Source: Gammaproteobacteria bacterium (lineage in GTDB: Bacteria > Pseudomonadota > Gammaproteobacteria > Arenicellales > CAJQKF01). Taken from it: a stretch of DNA of 64,000 nt. A model generated the notes under the pieces. That model ran no database searches. It was not told the origin of the DNA and worked only from the letters and a program-made list of their open reading frames with translations. Shown here piece after piece: positions 27,962 to 37,401 of the stretch; position 1 is the stretch's first letter, and the number at the start of each line of letters is the position of its first letter. Location: positions 17,885-81,884 of the forward strand of contig JAUIEZ010000003.1 of NCBI GenBank assembly GCA_030429665.1, given 5' to 3'. The translations under genes were made by a program, and so were the position numbers.

Positions 27962-29086
27962 ATGATCGACGTCGAGGTGGTGATCGTCGGCGCCGGCGTG
28001 ATCGGGCTGGCCGTCGCCCACGCATTGGCCGCGCGAGGCCGCGAGGTGCTGGTACTGGAGCGCAACGCCGCCGTCGGCCTGGAAACCAGCGCGCGAAACA
28101 GCGGCGTGATCCATGCCGGCATCTACTATCCGCCGCGCAGTCTGCGGGCCAGGTTGTGTGTCGAGGGCAAGCGCCGGTTATACCGGTTCTGCGAGGACAA
28201 CGGCGTCGCCGCGTCGCGCTGCGGCAAGCTGCTGGTGGCCACCGGCGAGAACGAGGTGGATCGCCTCGAGGCGCTCGTGGCAAACGCCGCCGCCAACGGC
28301 GTCGACGACCTGGTGATGTTGACCGCCGCACAGGCGCGCGAACTGGAGCCGGATATCACCTGCGTCGCCGCCTGCCTGTCGCCGTCGACCGGCATCGTGG
28401 ATACCCACGGCCTGGTGACGGCGCTTCACGGCAATCTCCAGGCCCGCCACGGGCAAGTGGTGTGCGACACCGGGGTCAACGGCGTCGACCGGGTCGACAG
28501 CCATTTCCGGGTGCGCTTCGCGAGCGGTGGCGAACCGGGCGAGTTGACCTGTGAGCGATTGGTCATTGCCGCCGGGCATGGCGCCACGGCGCTGGTCGAG
28601 CCGATGCTGTCGGAGGGGGGTTACCGCGTACCTCGAACGCGACCGGCGCGCGGCCACTACTACCGGCTGGGCGGCCCCCATCGCTTTCGTCACCTGGTCT
28701 ACCCGATGCCGGACGGCGCGTGGCTCGGCACGCACCTGACCCTGGACACCGGCGGCGCCGTTCGATTCGGGCCGGACATCGAATGGTGCGACACCATCGA
28801 CTACGCCTTCGATGACAGCGAAGGCCGCCGGCGACGGTTTCACGCCGAGATCCGGCGCTACTGGCCGGGCGTGGACGCCGACGCCCTGGTGCCGGACTAC
28901 GTGGGCGTGCGGCCGAAGATCTACGGACCGGGCGAACCGGTACCCGACTTCGGTATCCACGGCGCGGCCGAGCACGGCGCGGAAAACCTGGTGGCGCTGT
29001 TCGGCATGGAGAGCCCGGGATTGACCTCGTCACTGGCAATCGGCGAGCATGTCGGCGACCTGCTCGACGACACGAACACTTCATGA
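27962..29086 (+). CDS. FAD-dependent oxidoreductase (DAO / L-2-hydroxyglutarate oxidase-like)
   Basis: VVIVGAGVIGLAVAHALAARG...ETSARNSGVIHAGIYY dinucleotide-binding and DAO-family motifs. Confidence 0.8.
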   Translation: MIDVEVVIVGAGVIGLAVAHALAARGREVLVLERNAAVGLETSARNSGVIHAGIYYPPRSLRARLCVEGKRRLYRFCEDNGVAASRCGKLLVATGENEVDRLEALVANAAANGVDDLVMLTAAQARELEPDITCVAACLSPSTGIVDTHGLVTALHGNLQARHGQVVCDTGVNGVDRVDSHFRVRFASGGEPGELTCERLVIAAGHGATALVEPMLSEGGYRVPRTRPARGHYYRLGGPHRFRHLVYPMPDGAWLGTHLTLDTGGAVRFGPDIEWCDTIDYAFDDSEGRRRRFHAEIRRYWPGVDADALVPDYVGVRPKIYGPGEPVPDFGIHGAAEHGAENLVALFGMESPGLTSSLAIGEHVGDLLDDTNTS

Positions 29087-29634
29087 AAGAGGACATCGAT
29101 CGCTGGAACGCGAAATTCGCGGGCCGGGAGGCGGGCGACACGCCCTCGCCGGACGCGTTGCTGGCAACGACGCCTCACCTGCCCGGCGGCGGCCTGGCGC
29201 TAGACCTTGCCTCGGGCTCCGGTCAGAACGCGGTATGGCTGGCGATGCGCGGATTCGATGTCACGGCTGTCGACGGCAGCCTGAACGGCATGCGCCTGGC
29301 GCTTTCCCTGGCGCGGCGCTGCGGCGTGGCGATCCGACCGGTCGTGGCGGACCTCGACGCCTTCGAAATGGCCGGGAGCTTCGACCTCGTGGTGGTCATG
29401 AACTACCTGAACCGGCCGCTGTACAGGCGCCTTCACCGGTTCGTCTCACCGGGCGGTATCCTGATCGTCAAGACATTCAACCGCGACTTCCTCGACAGCC
29501 ACCCGCGTTTCAACCCTGCTTACGTCCTTGACGACGGCGAATTGCCCGGGCTGATCGACGGGCTGACGGTGATCGAACACGCCGAGTCGCCGCCCGGCGA
29601 CGCCGGCCGCAGCCACCTCGTCTGCCGACGATAG
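29083..29634 (+). CDS. Class I SAM-dependent methyltransferase (TehB-like, small)
   Basis: ATGA-coupled to the upstream gene. ALDLASGSGQNAVWLA...VTAVDGS motif I/II. Confidence 0.75.
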   Translation: MKEDIDRWNAKFAGREAGDTPSPDALLATTPHLPGGGLALDLASGSGQNAVWLAMRGFDVTAVDGSLNGMRLALSLARRCGVAIRPVVADLDAFEMAGSFDLVVVMNYLNRPLYRRLHRFVSPGGILIVKTFNRDFLDSHPRFNPAYVLDDGELPGLIDGLTVIEHAESPPGDAGRSHLVCRR

Positions 29635-29656
29635 CCGCGGCCGGTCGGGCGCCTTG

Positions 29657-30397
29657 TCAGTTCGACGGCGCGTTGCTTCCGCCGGCGTTGTCGGCGTAGA
29701 ACTTCGCCGCCGCGTCCCGCAGGCCCTGGGTTCGCGGATCGTGCACGTTGCCGCTCAACAGGTCCTGCAGCGAAACCGGGGAACCGTAGTACTGGTAGTT
29801 CCAGTCGTCCTTCAGCGACAGCGTGCTGCCGGACATCGACGCCCCCATGAATGCCCCGTTGACACGCTGGAAGGCGGCGATATCGGCGCTACCCGCGGCG
29901 GTGGTCGCGCCTTCGACGCCGTAGCCCTTCGGCCCGGCGGCGACCGCGGCGTCGACGCCGAACTTCATCGAAGTGGCGTTTTGCAGCGACCGAAGGCTGT
30001 CTTCCGTCTGGAAGATCAGGATCATCTCCGAACCCGAGCCGCCGAACTGGGCGCCGATACTGGCCGACCACATTCGGTAGAAGGCCGGGGACGACCACCG
30101 GTTGGTGGCCTCGTCACGCCGGATCAACACCCCCTTGCCGCCGGCGAAGCCGAGCCAGAAAGCCCCCTTGATGTAGTTGGGCACGATGAGCATGGCATGC
30201 GCATAGGGAACGTAGTCGCGGAACTGTTGCATGTTCGTGTCGTTGTTGAACACTTCCAGCGTGAAACGCGCGCGCTCCACCAGTTCCTGCAGCTCGCTGT
30301 CGTCGATGGCGCGCGCCGGCGTCGAGGAGAACAACAGCAGCGCGAATGCGACGATGGCGGCGAGCGCTCCGCCGCGAGTCAGTTTGAATTCCGTCAT
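29657..30397 (-). CDS. SYLF (Ysc84/DUF500) lipid-binding-domain protein, exported
   Basis: Start re-set to ATG 30397 (CAGGAG upstream): signal peptide ...LLLFSSTPARA, and GFAGGKGVLIRR...SIGAQFGGSGSEMILIF repeats. Confidence 0.65.
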   Translation of the reverse strand: MTEFKLTRGGALAAIVAFALLLFSSTPARAIDDSELQELVERARFTLEVFNNDTNMQQFRDYVPYAHAMLIVPNYIKGAFWLGFAGGKGVLIRRDEATNRWSSPAFYRMWSASIGAQFGGSGSEMILIFQTEDSLRSLQNATSMKFGVDAAVAAGPKGYGVEGATTAAGSADIAAFQRVNGAFMGASMSGSTLSLKDDWNYQYYGSPVSLQDLLSGNVHDPRTQGLRDAAAKFYADNAGGSNAPSN

Positions 30398-30488
30398 GAG
30401 GATCTCCTGGTCGATTACGGGCATCGGCGGATGCCGGTGGTGCACGGACATTAGACAACGGCCGGCGCGAGGTTTCAACGGCGGCCGC

Positions 30489-31907
30489 TCAGCGACCGAG
30501 GGCGCGAAGCATTTCCTCGGCGACCACGCGATGACCGTCGGGCGTCCAGTGCTGGTCGTAGGTGAAATAAGTCTGCACGCCGTCGCGTGCCGCGGCACGC
30601 AGCGGTTCGGTCAAGCTGACGAACATGATGCCCCGATCCCGGAAGTATTCGCCGACGACCTTCTCCATATCGCCTTCGAACCGTGTCACGGCGGTCGCGA
30701 GCTGCTCGTTGTCCCGTACGTCCGTCAAGCCTTCCGGCAGGCGGTCGCCGAGCAGTTGCACGTAACGGACCACGTCTGCCGCGTCGAGCCGGCCGACCAC
30801 CAACGGCAACATCACGCGCGCCTTGGTCGGCACGTAGGCGACGATCACTCGCGCACCCTTGCGCGCCGCGGCCGAAATCACCGCGTCGACGGCGTCACGG
30901 GCAGTGTGCCAGCCGGTATCGGCGGCGAACTCGTCGGCGGAAGTAAACAGCAGCGCGATGCGCTTGGGCTTGACGAAATACCAGCTCGTCCGCCCGTTCG
31001 CCTCGAACGCGAACGGCAGCCAGTCCAGCGCGCCGCCGCTTTCGACCGGCGCGTCGGCGCGAACCGGACCCAGCCACTGCCGAAGCAACCGCTCGTAGCG
31101 CACGCGAATGGGCGCAAAGCGAAAGTAGTTCGAGATCCGCTCGCCGAGATCGTAGTCCTCGACGCTGTGCCTGAGCGGTTCGCTCCGGCGAAAATCGTTG
31201 CCCTCGTAAAGCGCTACGATAATGGTGCCGGCGCCCAGGTCGCGGCCGAACAAGTCGAACTTGGCCAGGTACTTCTGCGGGTCGTCGCCGGAATTGGCGA
31301 GGTTGTATACCGCCAGCCCCGACTCGGCGGCGAGAAGGCTCGCCCAGGTATTCCCGTCGCCTACGCGCGAGCCCTCGGTGAACGAATCGCCGAGCAGCAG
31401 CACGTCGGCCTCGGTCAGCGCCCGCGCGTTGCGCAGACCGCGCGAATCGGTCCGCATGCGCATCTCGTAGGATGGATAACCGGGCCGAATGACCGGCAGG
31501 CTTCGCTGGGGGAGCGGCCTGTCCTCGTAGACCAGCGTATGGTCCATGTTCGGCGGACGCAATCGCAGTTCGCCGACGTGCACGTAGGCGGCGTCGTCGA
31601 ATGCCACGCGCAGCAGCAGGTCGACGCTGGCGAGCGTGACGACCGCGACCAGAGACCACGCCGCCACCGCCAATCGCCGCTGGCGTTTCTTTCCCGGCGG
31701 CGCGAACACGAGGTAGATGCACACCGCCGACAACAGCGACAGGATCACCGCGGCATGGAAGTGATCTATGCCGTAGCGGCCCAGGAGTATGAACTCCTCC
31801 TTGCTGATCAACCGCACGATATTGCTCGGCATCACCCATGCCACCGCCGCCAGCGCGGTGATGCCCACGGTCGCCAACCGGGCCAGGAAAGTCAGTACGG
31901 CGTTCAT
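30489..31907 (-). CDS. Membrane-anchored SGNH hydrolase-like protein (AlgJ/AlgX-type)
   Basis: Three predicted N-terminal TM helices, a GDSFTEG block-I motif, and C-terminal YFTYDQHWTPDG (the DxHW motif of AlgJ/AlgX-like O-acyl transfer proteins). Confidence 0.6.
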   Translation of the reverse strand: MNAVLTFLARLATVGITALAAVAWVMPSNIVRLISKEEFILLGRYGIDHFHAAVILSLLSAVCIYLVFAPPGKKRQRRLAVAAWSLVAVVTLASVDLLLRVAFDDAAYVHVGELRLRPPNMDHTLVYEDRPLPQRSLPVIRPGYPSYEMRMRTDSRGLRNARALTEADVLLLGDSFTEGSRVGDGNTWASLLAAESGLAVYNLANSGDDPQKYLAKFDLFGRDLGAGTIIVALYEGNDFRRSEPLRHSVEDYDLGERISNYFRFAPIRVRYERLLRQWLGPVRADAPVESGGALDWLPFAFEANGRTSWYFVKPKRIALLFTSADEFAADTGWHTARDAVDAVISAAARKGARVIVAYVPTKARVMLPLVVGRLDAADVVRYVQLLGDRLPEGLTDVRDNEQLATAVTRFEGDMEKVVGEYFRDRGIMFVSLTEPLRAAARDGVQTYFTYDQHWTPDGHRVVAEEMLRALGR

Positions 31908-32024
31908 CTAACGGATACGGTCCCAGGTAGGAGTTGAACGAGGATCGGCAACCGGGCCGGAGGCTGTTCCCGCCACTGCCCGGTCATGATACAAAGCCTG
32001 ATTTGCGATTTCGAGGAGCAGTCG

Positions 32025-33395
32025 ATGCCTGCGAGCGGGGACCTTTCGCGTACGTTGACGGATTTCATCCACGCATTGCGTTTCGATGACCTTGACGCCG
32101 AGGTCATCGACAAGACGAAGGCGTTGTTCCTGGACTGGCTGGGCTCGGCGCTGGCCGGGGCCGATGCCGCGCCGGTGCGGGCGCTGCGCGAGTTCAGCGA
32201 CGCCATGGGACCGGCGAACGGACCCGCCCAGGCGTTCGACAACATGGCCGGCACGAGCGCCTACTTCGCCGCCCTGCGAAACGCCGCGGCCACCCACGTG
32301 GTGGAGCAGGACGACGTTCACAACGGCTCGGTATTCCATCCCGCCGCGGTCGTGTTTCCGCCCTTGCTGGCGATGAGCCAGACGCGCCGGGTCGACGGCG
32401 CCGCCTTCGTCACCGCCGCGGTGGCCGGCTACGAAGCGGGCATCCGGGTCGGCGAGTACCTTGGCCGCGGCCACTACCGGGTATTTCACACCACCGGCAC
32501 CGCGGGCACCCTTGCCGCGGCCATGGCGGTGGGCAAACTCCTCGCGCTCGATGCCGATACCCTGGCTCACGCGCTGGGTTCGGCGGGCACGCAGGCGGCG
32601 GGCCTGTGGGAGTTCCTGGTGAGCGCCGCGCATTCCAAGCAACTGCATACCGCCAAGGCTGCCGCCGACGGCATGCTGGCGGCGTGTACCGCGGCCGCCG
32701 GCATGACCGGCGCCGCGCGCATCCTGGAGGGGGACAAGGGCATGAACGCGGGTATGCTGGGTGACGGCAACGCGGTCCGCCTCCTCGACGGACTCGGCAC
32801 GCGCTTCGGCGTGCTCGAGACGTCGGTCAAGTTTCACGCGTCGTGCCGCCATACCCATCCGGCGGCCGACGCCCTGCTCGCCCTGATTACCGCCCACGAT
32901 CTCGACCCGTCCAGGATTGCCGCCATCGAGGCACGCGTCTACCAGGCCGCCATCGACGTCCTTGGCGCGGTCACCGATCCGCGCACCGTGCACCAGGCCA
33001 AGTTTTCCATGGGTTTCGTGCTCGCGCTCATCTGCGCGCGCCGCAACGCGGGCGTGGCCGACTTCACCGAGGAGGCGCTGCGCGACCCGCTGCTTCGACG
33101 CCTGCACGACAAGGTGAACATGGTGCTCGATCCCGAGATCGACACCGCCTACCCGGCCAGGTGGAGCGCGCGGGTCGTCGTCACCACCACCGACGGCCAG
33201 CGCCTGACGCACAAGGTCACCGTGCCCAAGGGCGATCCGGGCAACCCGTTGTCGTCGGCGGAACTGGAGCGCAAGTTCGCGATGCTGGCGGCGATGCACG
33301 GTTCGCTCGACGACGACACGTCGTCGCGGTTGATCGAGGACGCGTGGCGGCTGGACGCGCTGGACGATGTCGGCGAAACGTTCAGGATCGGGTAA
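32025..33395 (+). CDS. MmgE/PrpD family protein (2-methylcitrate dehydratase-like)
   Basis: Start set to ATG 32025 (GAGGAG upstream). LTDFIHALRFDDLDAEVIDKTKALFLDWLG...HVVEQDDVH...FHTTGTAGTLAAA motifs. Confidence 0.8.
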   Translation: MPASGDLSRTLTDFIHALRFDDLDAEVIDKTKALFLDWLGSALAGADAAPVRALREFSDAMGPANGPAQAFDNMAGTSAYFAALRNAAATHVVEQDDVHNGSVFHPAAVVFPPLLAMSQTRRVDGAAFVTAAVAGYEAGIRVGEYLGRGHYRVFHTTGTAGTLAAAMAVGKLLALDADTLAHALGSAGTQAAGLWEFLVSAAHSKQLHTAKAAADGMLAACTAAAGMTGAARILEGDKGMNAGMLGDGNAVRLLDGLGTRFGVLETSVKFHASCRHTHPAADALLALITAHDLDPSRIAAIEARVYQAAIDVLGAVTDPRTVHQAKFSMGFVLALICARRNAGVADFTEEALRDPLLRRLHDKVNMVLDPEIDTAYPARWSARVVVTTTDGQRLTHKVTVPKGDPGNPLSSAELERKFAMLAAMHGSLDDDTSSRLIEDAWRLDALDDVGETFRIG

Positions 33396-33412
33396 CGCCG
33401 CGTGAACGATAA

Positions 33413-34078
33413 TCAGGCGCCGCCGTCGTCGAAGTAGGCGCGCAGCCGCTCGCGCAGGAACATCCGGTGGGTCGGCTGCACCGCCTCGCGCGCGGCGATG
33501 CCGATCACGGCCGGGTCGCCGGCGCGAGGATAGGAGGCATTGGCGTCGCCGTCCCGCGCCGATTCGAAGGCATGTTGGCACTTGCCGGCGTCCATGGCGA
33601 ACTGGGTGCGGCAGGCGAGCGGACGGGCCTCGTAGATCATGCAGCGGCGGTCGTCGTCGAGTAGCGGACAGGGCGAGACGGGCAGGTCGCGACCATCGAC
33701 ATGAATGACGGGCCCGGCATCCGATGCGGCGAGCCGTTGGCGCACGTCATCCGCGATTCCCGCCGCCTCGATGGCGTCGCGTACCGCGTCGAACTCGAAC
33801 GGCGCCATCAACACGTCCTGCATGCAGCACCACGCGCAACCCTCGTCGCAAGCCGGTCGGACATGGCGCGACCACTCGCGGCAGCGTCGGTCCACCATGT
33901 CCCGCAGCCCCGGCGGCGTCTCGTCGTCGCAAGCCTTGGCGCGCAGCTTGCGCGCGCCGATGTAGGCGTCGCGAAACACCTCGCGGAAGGCGGGAGGCAG
34001 TTCGGCCAACCGGGACTCGAGCCGACGCGCGTCGTAGAGCGTGCGCTTTTTCGCGGGCTTGGTCCGGGTCCTTGCCAT
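33413..34078 (-). CDS. YkgJ-type cysteine-cluster (CxxxCxxCC) protein
   Basis: Only the last 221 codons of the 601-aa track ORF look real: MARTRTKPAKKRTLYDA...ACDEGCAWCC...CPLLDDDRRCMIYEARPLACR. Confidence 0.6.
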   Translation of the reverse strand: MARTRTKPAKKRTLYDARRLESRLAELPPAFREVFRDAYIGARKLRAKACDDETPPGLRDMVDRRCREWSRHVRPACDEGCAWCCMQDVLMAPFEFDAVRDAIEAAGIADDVRQRLAASDAGPVIHVDGRDLPVSPCPLLDDDRRCMIYEARPLACRTQFAMDAGKCQHAFESARDGDANASYPRAGDPAVIGIAAREAVQPTHRMFLRERLRAYFDDGGA

Positions 34079-34122
34079 TGGTCGATTATAACGTCGCGTC
34101 CGGCGGACCGTACGAACCGACC

Positions 34123-34977
34123 CTAGGCGGACTCGACAGCCTCCACCAGGAACTGCGGCAGCGCGAAGGCGGCCTGATGGATAGCGGCGTTGTAGTAGCG
34201 CGCCTTCAAACCGACGTGCCTGGCGCGCCAGCCGAGCACCTCGAGCGACGTGCGACGCAGCGACTTGTCGTCGCTGCCCCAGGCGAACGTCATGATGCCG
34301 CCGTAGTAGGTGGGCACCGCGGCGCAGTAGAACGTCATGTCGGCGAAGTGCGGCGACATGCGCCGGCGCGTGTTGATGACTTCCTCCATCTGCACGAAGG
34401 GTACGCCGTTCTGGGTCACGAGCACGCCGCCCGGCTTGAGGCAGCGCTTGGCCAACGCATAGAAGTCGTCCGTGAACAGCACCTCTCCCGGACCGATGGG
34501 ATCGGTACTGTCGGAGATGATCACGTCGAAGCGCGCTTCCGTCTCGCGCACGAAGTCCATGCCGTCGGCGACGACGATCGTCGCGCGCGGATCGTCGAAG
34601 GCGCCCGCCGAGTGGTTGGGCAGGTATGTCTTTGCCAGGTCGATCACGGCCTGGTCGATCTCCACCTGCGTGACGCGCAGTGCGGGGTGCTTGAGCACCT
34701 CCCGCAGCATGCCGCCGTCCCCGCCGCCGATGATCAGCACCGATTCGACGTTGCCATGTGCCAGGATCGGCGTGTGCGCGAGCATCTCGTGGTAGATGAA
34801 CTCGTCCGCCTCGGTGGTCTGCACCACGCCGTCGAGCGTCATCACGCGCCCGAGGTAGTCGTTGCCGAAAATGGACAGCGACTGTTGACCCGTGTCGCTC
34901 TCGAAATAAACCTCGTCGACGCGGATCTCCTGGCCAATGCCCTGGTGCAGGGTTTCGCGAAACCAGCGCTCGCTCAT
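34123..34977 (-). CDS. speE: Spermidine synthase
   Basis: Start re-set to ATG 34977: MSERWFRETLH...VLIIGGGDGGMLREVLKH...DVIISDSTDPIGPG. Confidence 0.9.
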   Translation of the reverse strand: MSERWFRETLHQGIGQEIRVDEVYFESDTGQQSLSIFGNDYLGRVMTLDGVVQTTEADEFIYHEMLAHTPILAHGNVESVLIIGGGDGGMLREVLKHPALRVTQVEIDQAVIDLAKTYLPNHSAGAFDDPRATIVVADGMDFVRETEARFDVIISDSTDPIGPGEVLFTDDFYALAKRCLKPGGVLVTQNGVPFVQMEEVINTRRRMSPHFADMTFYCAAVPTYYGGIMTFAWGSDDKSLRRTSLEVLGWRARHVGLKARYYNAAIHQAAFALPQFLVEAVESA

Positions 34978-35429
34978 GCGCCCTGCACCACGCCGCGAAG
35001 GTGCTCGCCGACGGTAAGCTGGGACGGTGTGAACGCGTCGCGCAGCACCGGGATGACGCGCTCCGGCTTCGCGTCGCCGCACATGAACACGTCGAAGGCC
35101 GCGAATTCGCGCTCCGGCCACGTGTGCACGCTGATGTGCGACTCGGCCAGTACGGCGACGCCGGACACGCCGCCGTTGGGGGTGAAGTGATGCAGGTGGA
35201 TGTGCAACAGCGTGGCACCGGCCACCTCGACCGCCTCGCGCAGCGTGTCCTCCATGAGGCCGATGTCGTCGAGGCGCGATGCGCCCCACAGGTCGAGAAT
35301 CAGGTGCGTACCGGCGAACTCGATGCCGTCGCGGGTGACGAAATGGTCGGCGGGCGGCGTCTCGGCCTGGCCGTGGGTGGCCCATCGGGCGGCCGCGGAC
35401 GGAAACTGGATAACGGAATCCTGCGCCAT
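34974..35429 (-). CDS. speD: S-adenosylmethionine decarboxylase proenzyme (small pyruvoyl type)
   Basis: AVLAESHISVHTWPE self-cleavage motif. GAGGAG before the ATG. ATGA-coupled to speE. Confidence 0.85.
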   Translation of the reverse strand: MAQDSVIQFPSAAARWATHGQAETPPADHFVTRDGIEFAGTHLILDLWGASRLDDIGLMEDTLREAVEVAGATLLHIHLHHFTPNGGVSGVAVLAESHISVHTWPEREFAAFDVFMCGDAKPERVIPVLRDAFTPSQLTVGEHLRGVVQGA

Positions 35430-35856
35430 GGCGGAATTCTCCTCGAACGAGCGGTGACTTGAAGCTAACGCGCCGTCCGATGAGACAGCACGCGATTAGC
35501 GCTGGAACATAAAACCTCTGCAGGTCTGTACCGGGTGGGCGAATGATAGTTTTTTTTATGTGAAATTCAATATCGTGCGACGAGTTTTTCACGCGTTCCC
35601 GTCGTTAACGGTCATTCATCGGCACGCTCGGGAAGCGCCGGCGGCGCGCGACACGGCGCCGCGGGGTATCGGACCGCCGGCCGCACACGCGCCCGGAGGA
35701 ATCGAACCGATCCGGGCAAGTTCGAGTCCGCTGGCTACGATGGTCCGGATCGGGGCGATACCGGGCGTCGTGTATACTCGTTGCGGAAAAAAGTCGACCG
35801 ACGCGTCAACCAACCACGTGGGCACGCCGGCATAACAATCAGGGGAGCGATCGACC

Positions 35857-37401
35857 ATGACCTCGATCCAGCCGAACGTGCCTCTGGACGCGCACATCGA
35901 CGCGATACTCGACTCGGGCGGACGAATGTTCCTGTCCACATCGGTGGGCGGCAACAGTTCCGGCGCGAGCGTGTTCTACGCCCGCGACGGCGACGACCTG
36001 GTTTTTTTCACTTTCAATCCCACGCGCAAGGCGGAGCAGGTTCGCGCCAATCCGCGCGTGCAGGCTGTGATCTGGCCCGACGGCCACGACGGCATCCGCG
36101 GACTGCAGGTCGAGGGTCGCTGCGCCTTGATACGCGACCAAGCGGAGGCGGCGCGGGCGCGCGAGGCGATCCTGCGCGTCACCGACGCGTTCCAGGCGTA
36201 CATGGACGACGATTTCCTTTCCAGGAACCGCGTGACGGGGTACTACCGGCTGGCGCCCGTGTCGATCAAGTACGTCGACTTTCACGCCGAGCCCCGGTTC
36301 CATTGGAAGGAGTTTCCCCACAACCGGCCGGGCGTGGTCCACGAGGCGGTCGGCGACGTGTCGCGACGAGTCATGTTGTGGATGCGCGCCTTGCGGGCGC
36401 CCTTCTTCACCGCCACGCTGGTGCCGGTCCTGCTCGGCGCGGCGATTGCCGCGCGCGACCTGGCGGCGAGTCGCGCCGGGTCGATCGACTGGAGACTGTT
36501 CGCGCTGGTGCTGGCCGGCGCCGTTTGCGCCCACGCGGGCACCAACCTGGCGAACGATTACGGCGATCACATCACCGGGAACGACGCGGTCAACCAGACG
36601 CCGAGCCCGTTCAACGGCGGCAGCCGCGTGATTCAGGCGGGCCTGCTGACACCATGGAAAGTATTGTTCGCCTCGAGCTTCTGTTTCGCATTGTGCGCGG
36701 CGTGCGGATTGACGATCAATGCCGCCATCGGCGGCGCCTGGTACGCGCCAACGCCGCTGTTGTGGATTGGCGTGCTCGGTATCGCGCTCGGTGCCGCCTA
36801 CACGCTGGGACCGTTCAGGCTCAGCTATCGCGGGCTTGGCGAGCCGGCCATCGCGTTGGGTTTCGGCCCGGTGATCGTCCTGGGCAGCCATTACGTGCTC
36901 ACCGCGACGCAACTCGATGCATGGTCCGCGACGGAACCCGCGATGGCCTCGCTGCCGGTCGCCGTGCAGGTCATGTTGATCGTGTGGATCAACCAGTTCC
37001 AGGACGCGCCCGCGGATGCCGCCAGCGACAAGCTCACCTGGGTCGTAAGGCTCTCGCGCCACTCGGGCGGCTTCGATTACCGCCGGCCGTTCTACTGGTA
37101 CGAGGCATTCACGATCACCGCGTTCGCGCTGGTCGCGCTACTGGCGGTGCTGCCGCTGTTCGGGGGACCCGGGACGCCGTGGGCCGCCATCGCCCTGGCG
37201 CCGATCCCGCTGGCGGCATGGGCCGTCGCCCGCGGCCGACGCTGGCTCGACGCCGTCGATGCCGGCGACGTCGACTGGCGCCGCCATCCCTACGCGTTGC
37301 TGCCGGTCAATGTCGCCACCAGTGCCACACATTTTTTGACCGGGTTGTTGCTGTCCCTGGCGTGGATTCTGCAAGCCCTCACCGGACCGACCGGGCCGTG
37401 A
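35857..37401 (+). CDS. Fusion: PNPOx-like FMN-binding split-barrel domain + MenA/UbiA-family prenyltransferase
   Basis: The N-terminal ~150 aa (FLSTSVGG...VFFTFNPTRKAEQVRANPRVQAVIW...LQVEGRC) looks like the pyridoxamine-phosphate-oxidase fold. The C-terminal ~350 aa is polytopic with NLANDYGDHITGND and NQFQDAPADAASDKLT Asp-rich motifs of MenA-like UbiA enzymes. Confidence 0.75.
   Translation: MTSIQPNVPLDAHIDAILDSGGRMFLSTSVGGNSSGASVFYARDGDDLVFFTFNPTRKAEQVRANPRVQAVIWPDGHDGIRGLQVEGRCALIRDQAEAARAREAILRVTDAFQAYMDDDFLSRNRVTGYYRLAPVSIKYVDFHAEPRFHWKEFPHNRPGVVHEAVGDVSRRVMLWMRALRAPFFTATLVPVLLGAAIAARDLAASRAGSIDWRLFALVLAGAVCAHAGTNLANDYGDHITGNDAVNQTPSPFNGGSRVIQAGLLTPWKVLFASSFCFALCAACGLTINAAIGGAWYAPTPLLWIGVLGIALGAAYTLGPFRLSYRGLGEPAIALGFGPVIVLGSHYVLTATQLDAWSATEPAMASLPVAVQVMLIVWINQFQDAPADAASDKLTWVVRLSRHSGGFDYRRPFYWYEAFTITAFALVALLAVLPLFGGPGTPWAAIALAPIPLAAWAVARGRRWLDAVDAGDVDWRRHPYALLPVNVATSATHFLTGLLLSLAWILQALTGPTGP

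Noticed and set aside
33413-35218. 601-aa minus-strand ORF spanning the speE region
   Set aside because: Upstream of ATG 34078 the frame is Arg/Pro/Ala junk overlapping the genuine speE and speD frames. Only the last 221 codons (YkgJ-like) are credible. Similar over-extensions were trimmed at 35781..38210 (only 37398..38210 kept), 53437..56904 (start moved to 53881), 25678..27957 (start moved to 26335), 41186..42820, 17537..18250, 17800..19077, 29657..30598 and 46054..47583.
35691-35735. tRNA-like T-loop strings (GGTTCGATTCC on the minus strand, AGTTCGAGTCC on the plus strand)
   Set aside because: I could not fold either into a T-arm: the flanking 5-nt stems do not pair. There are no acceptor, D or anticodon arms around them. 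They are treated as chance similarity within a GC-rich hairpin region, not as a tRNA, tmRNA or integration-site remnant.
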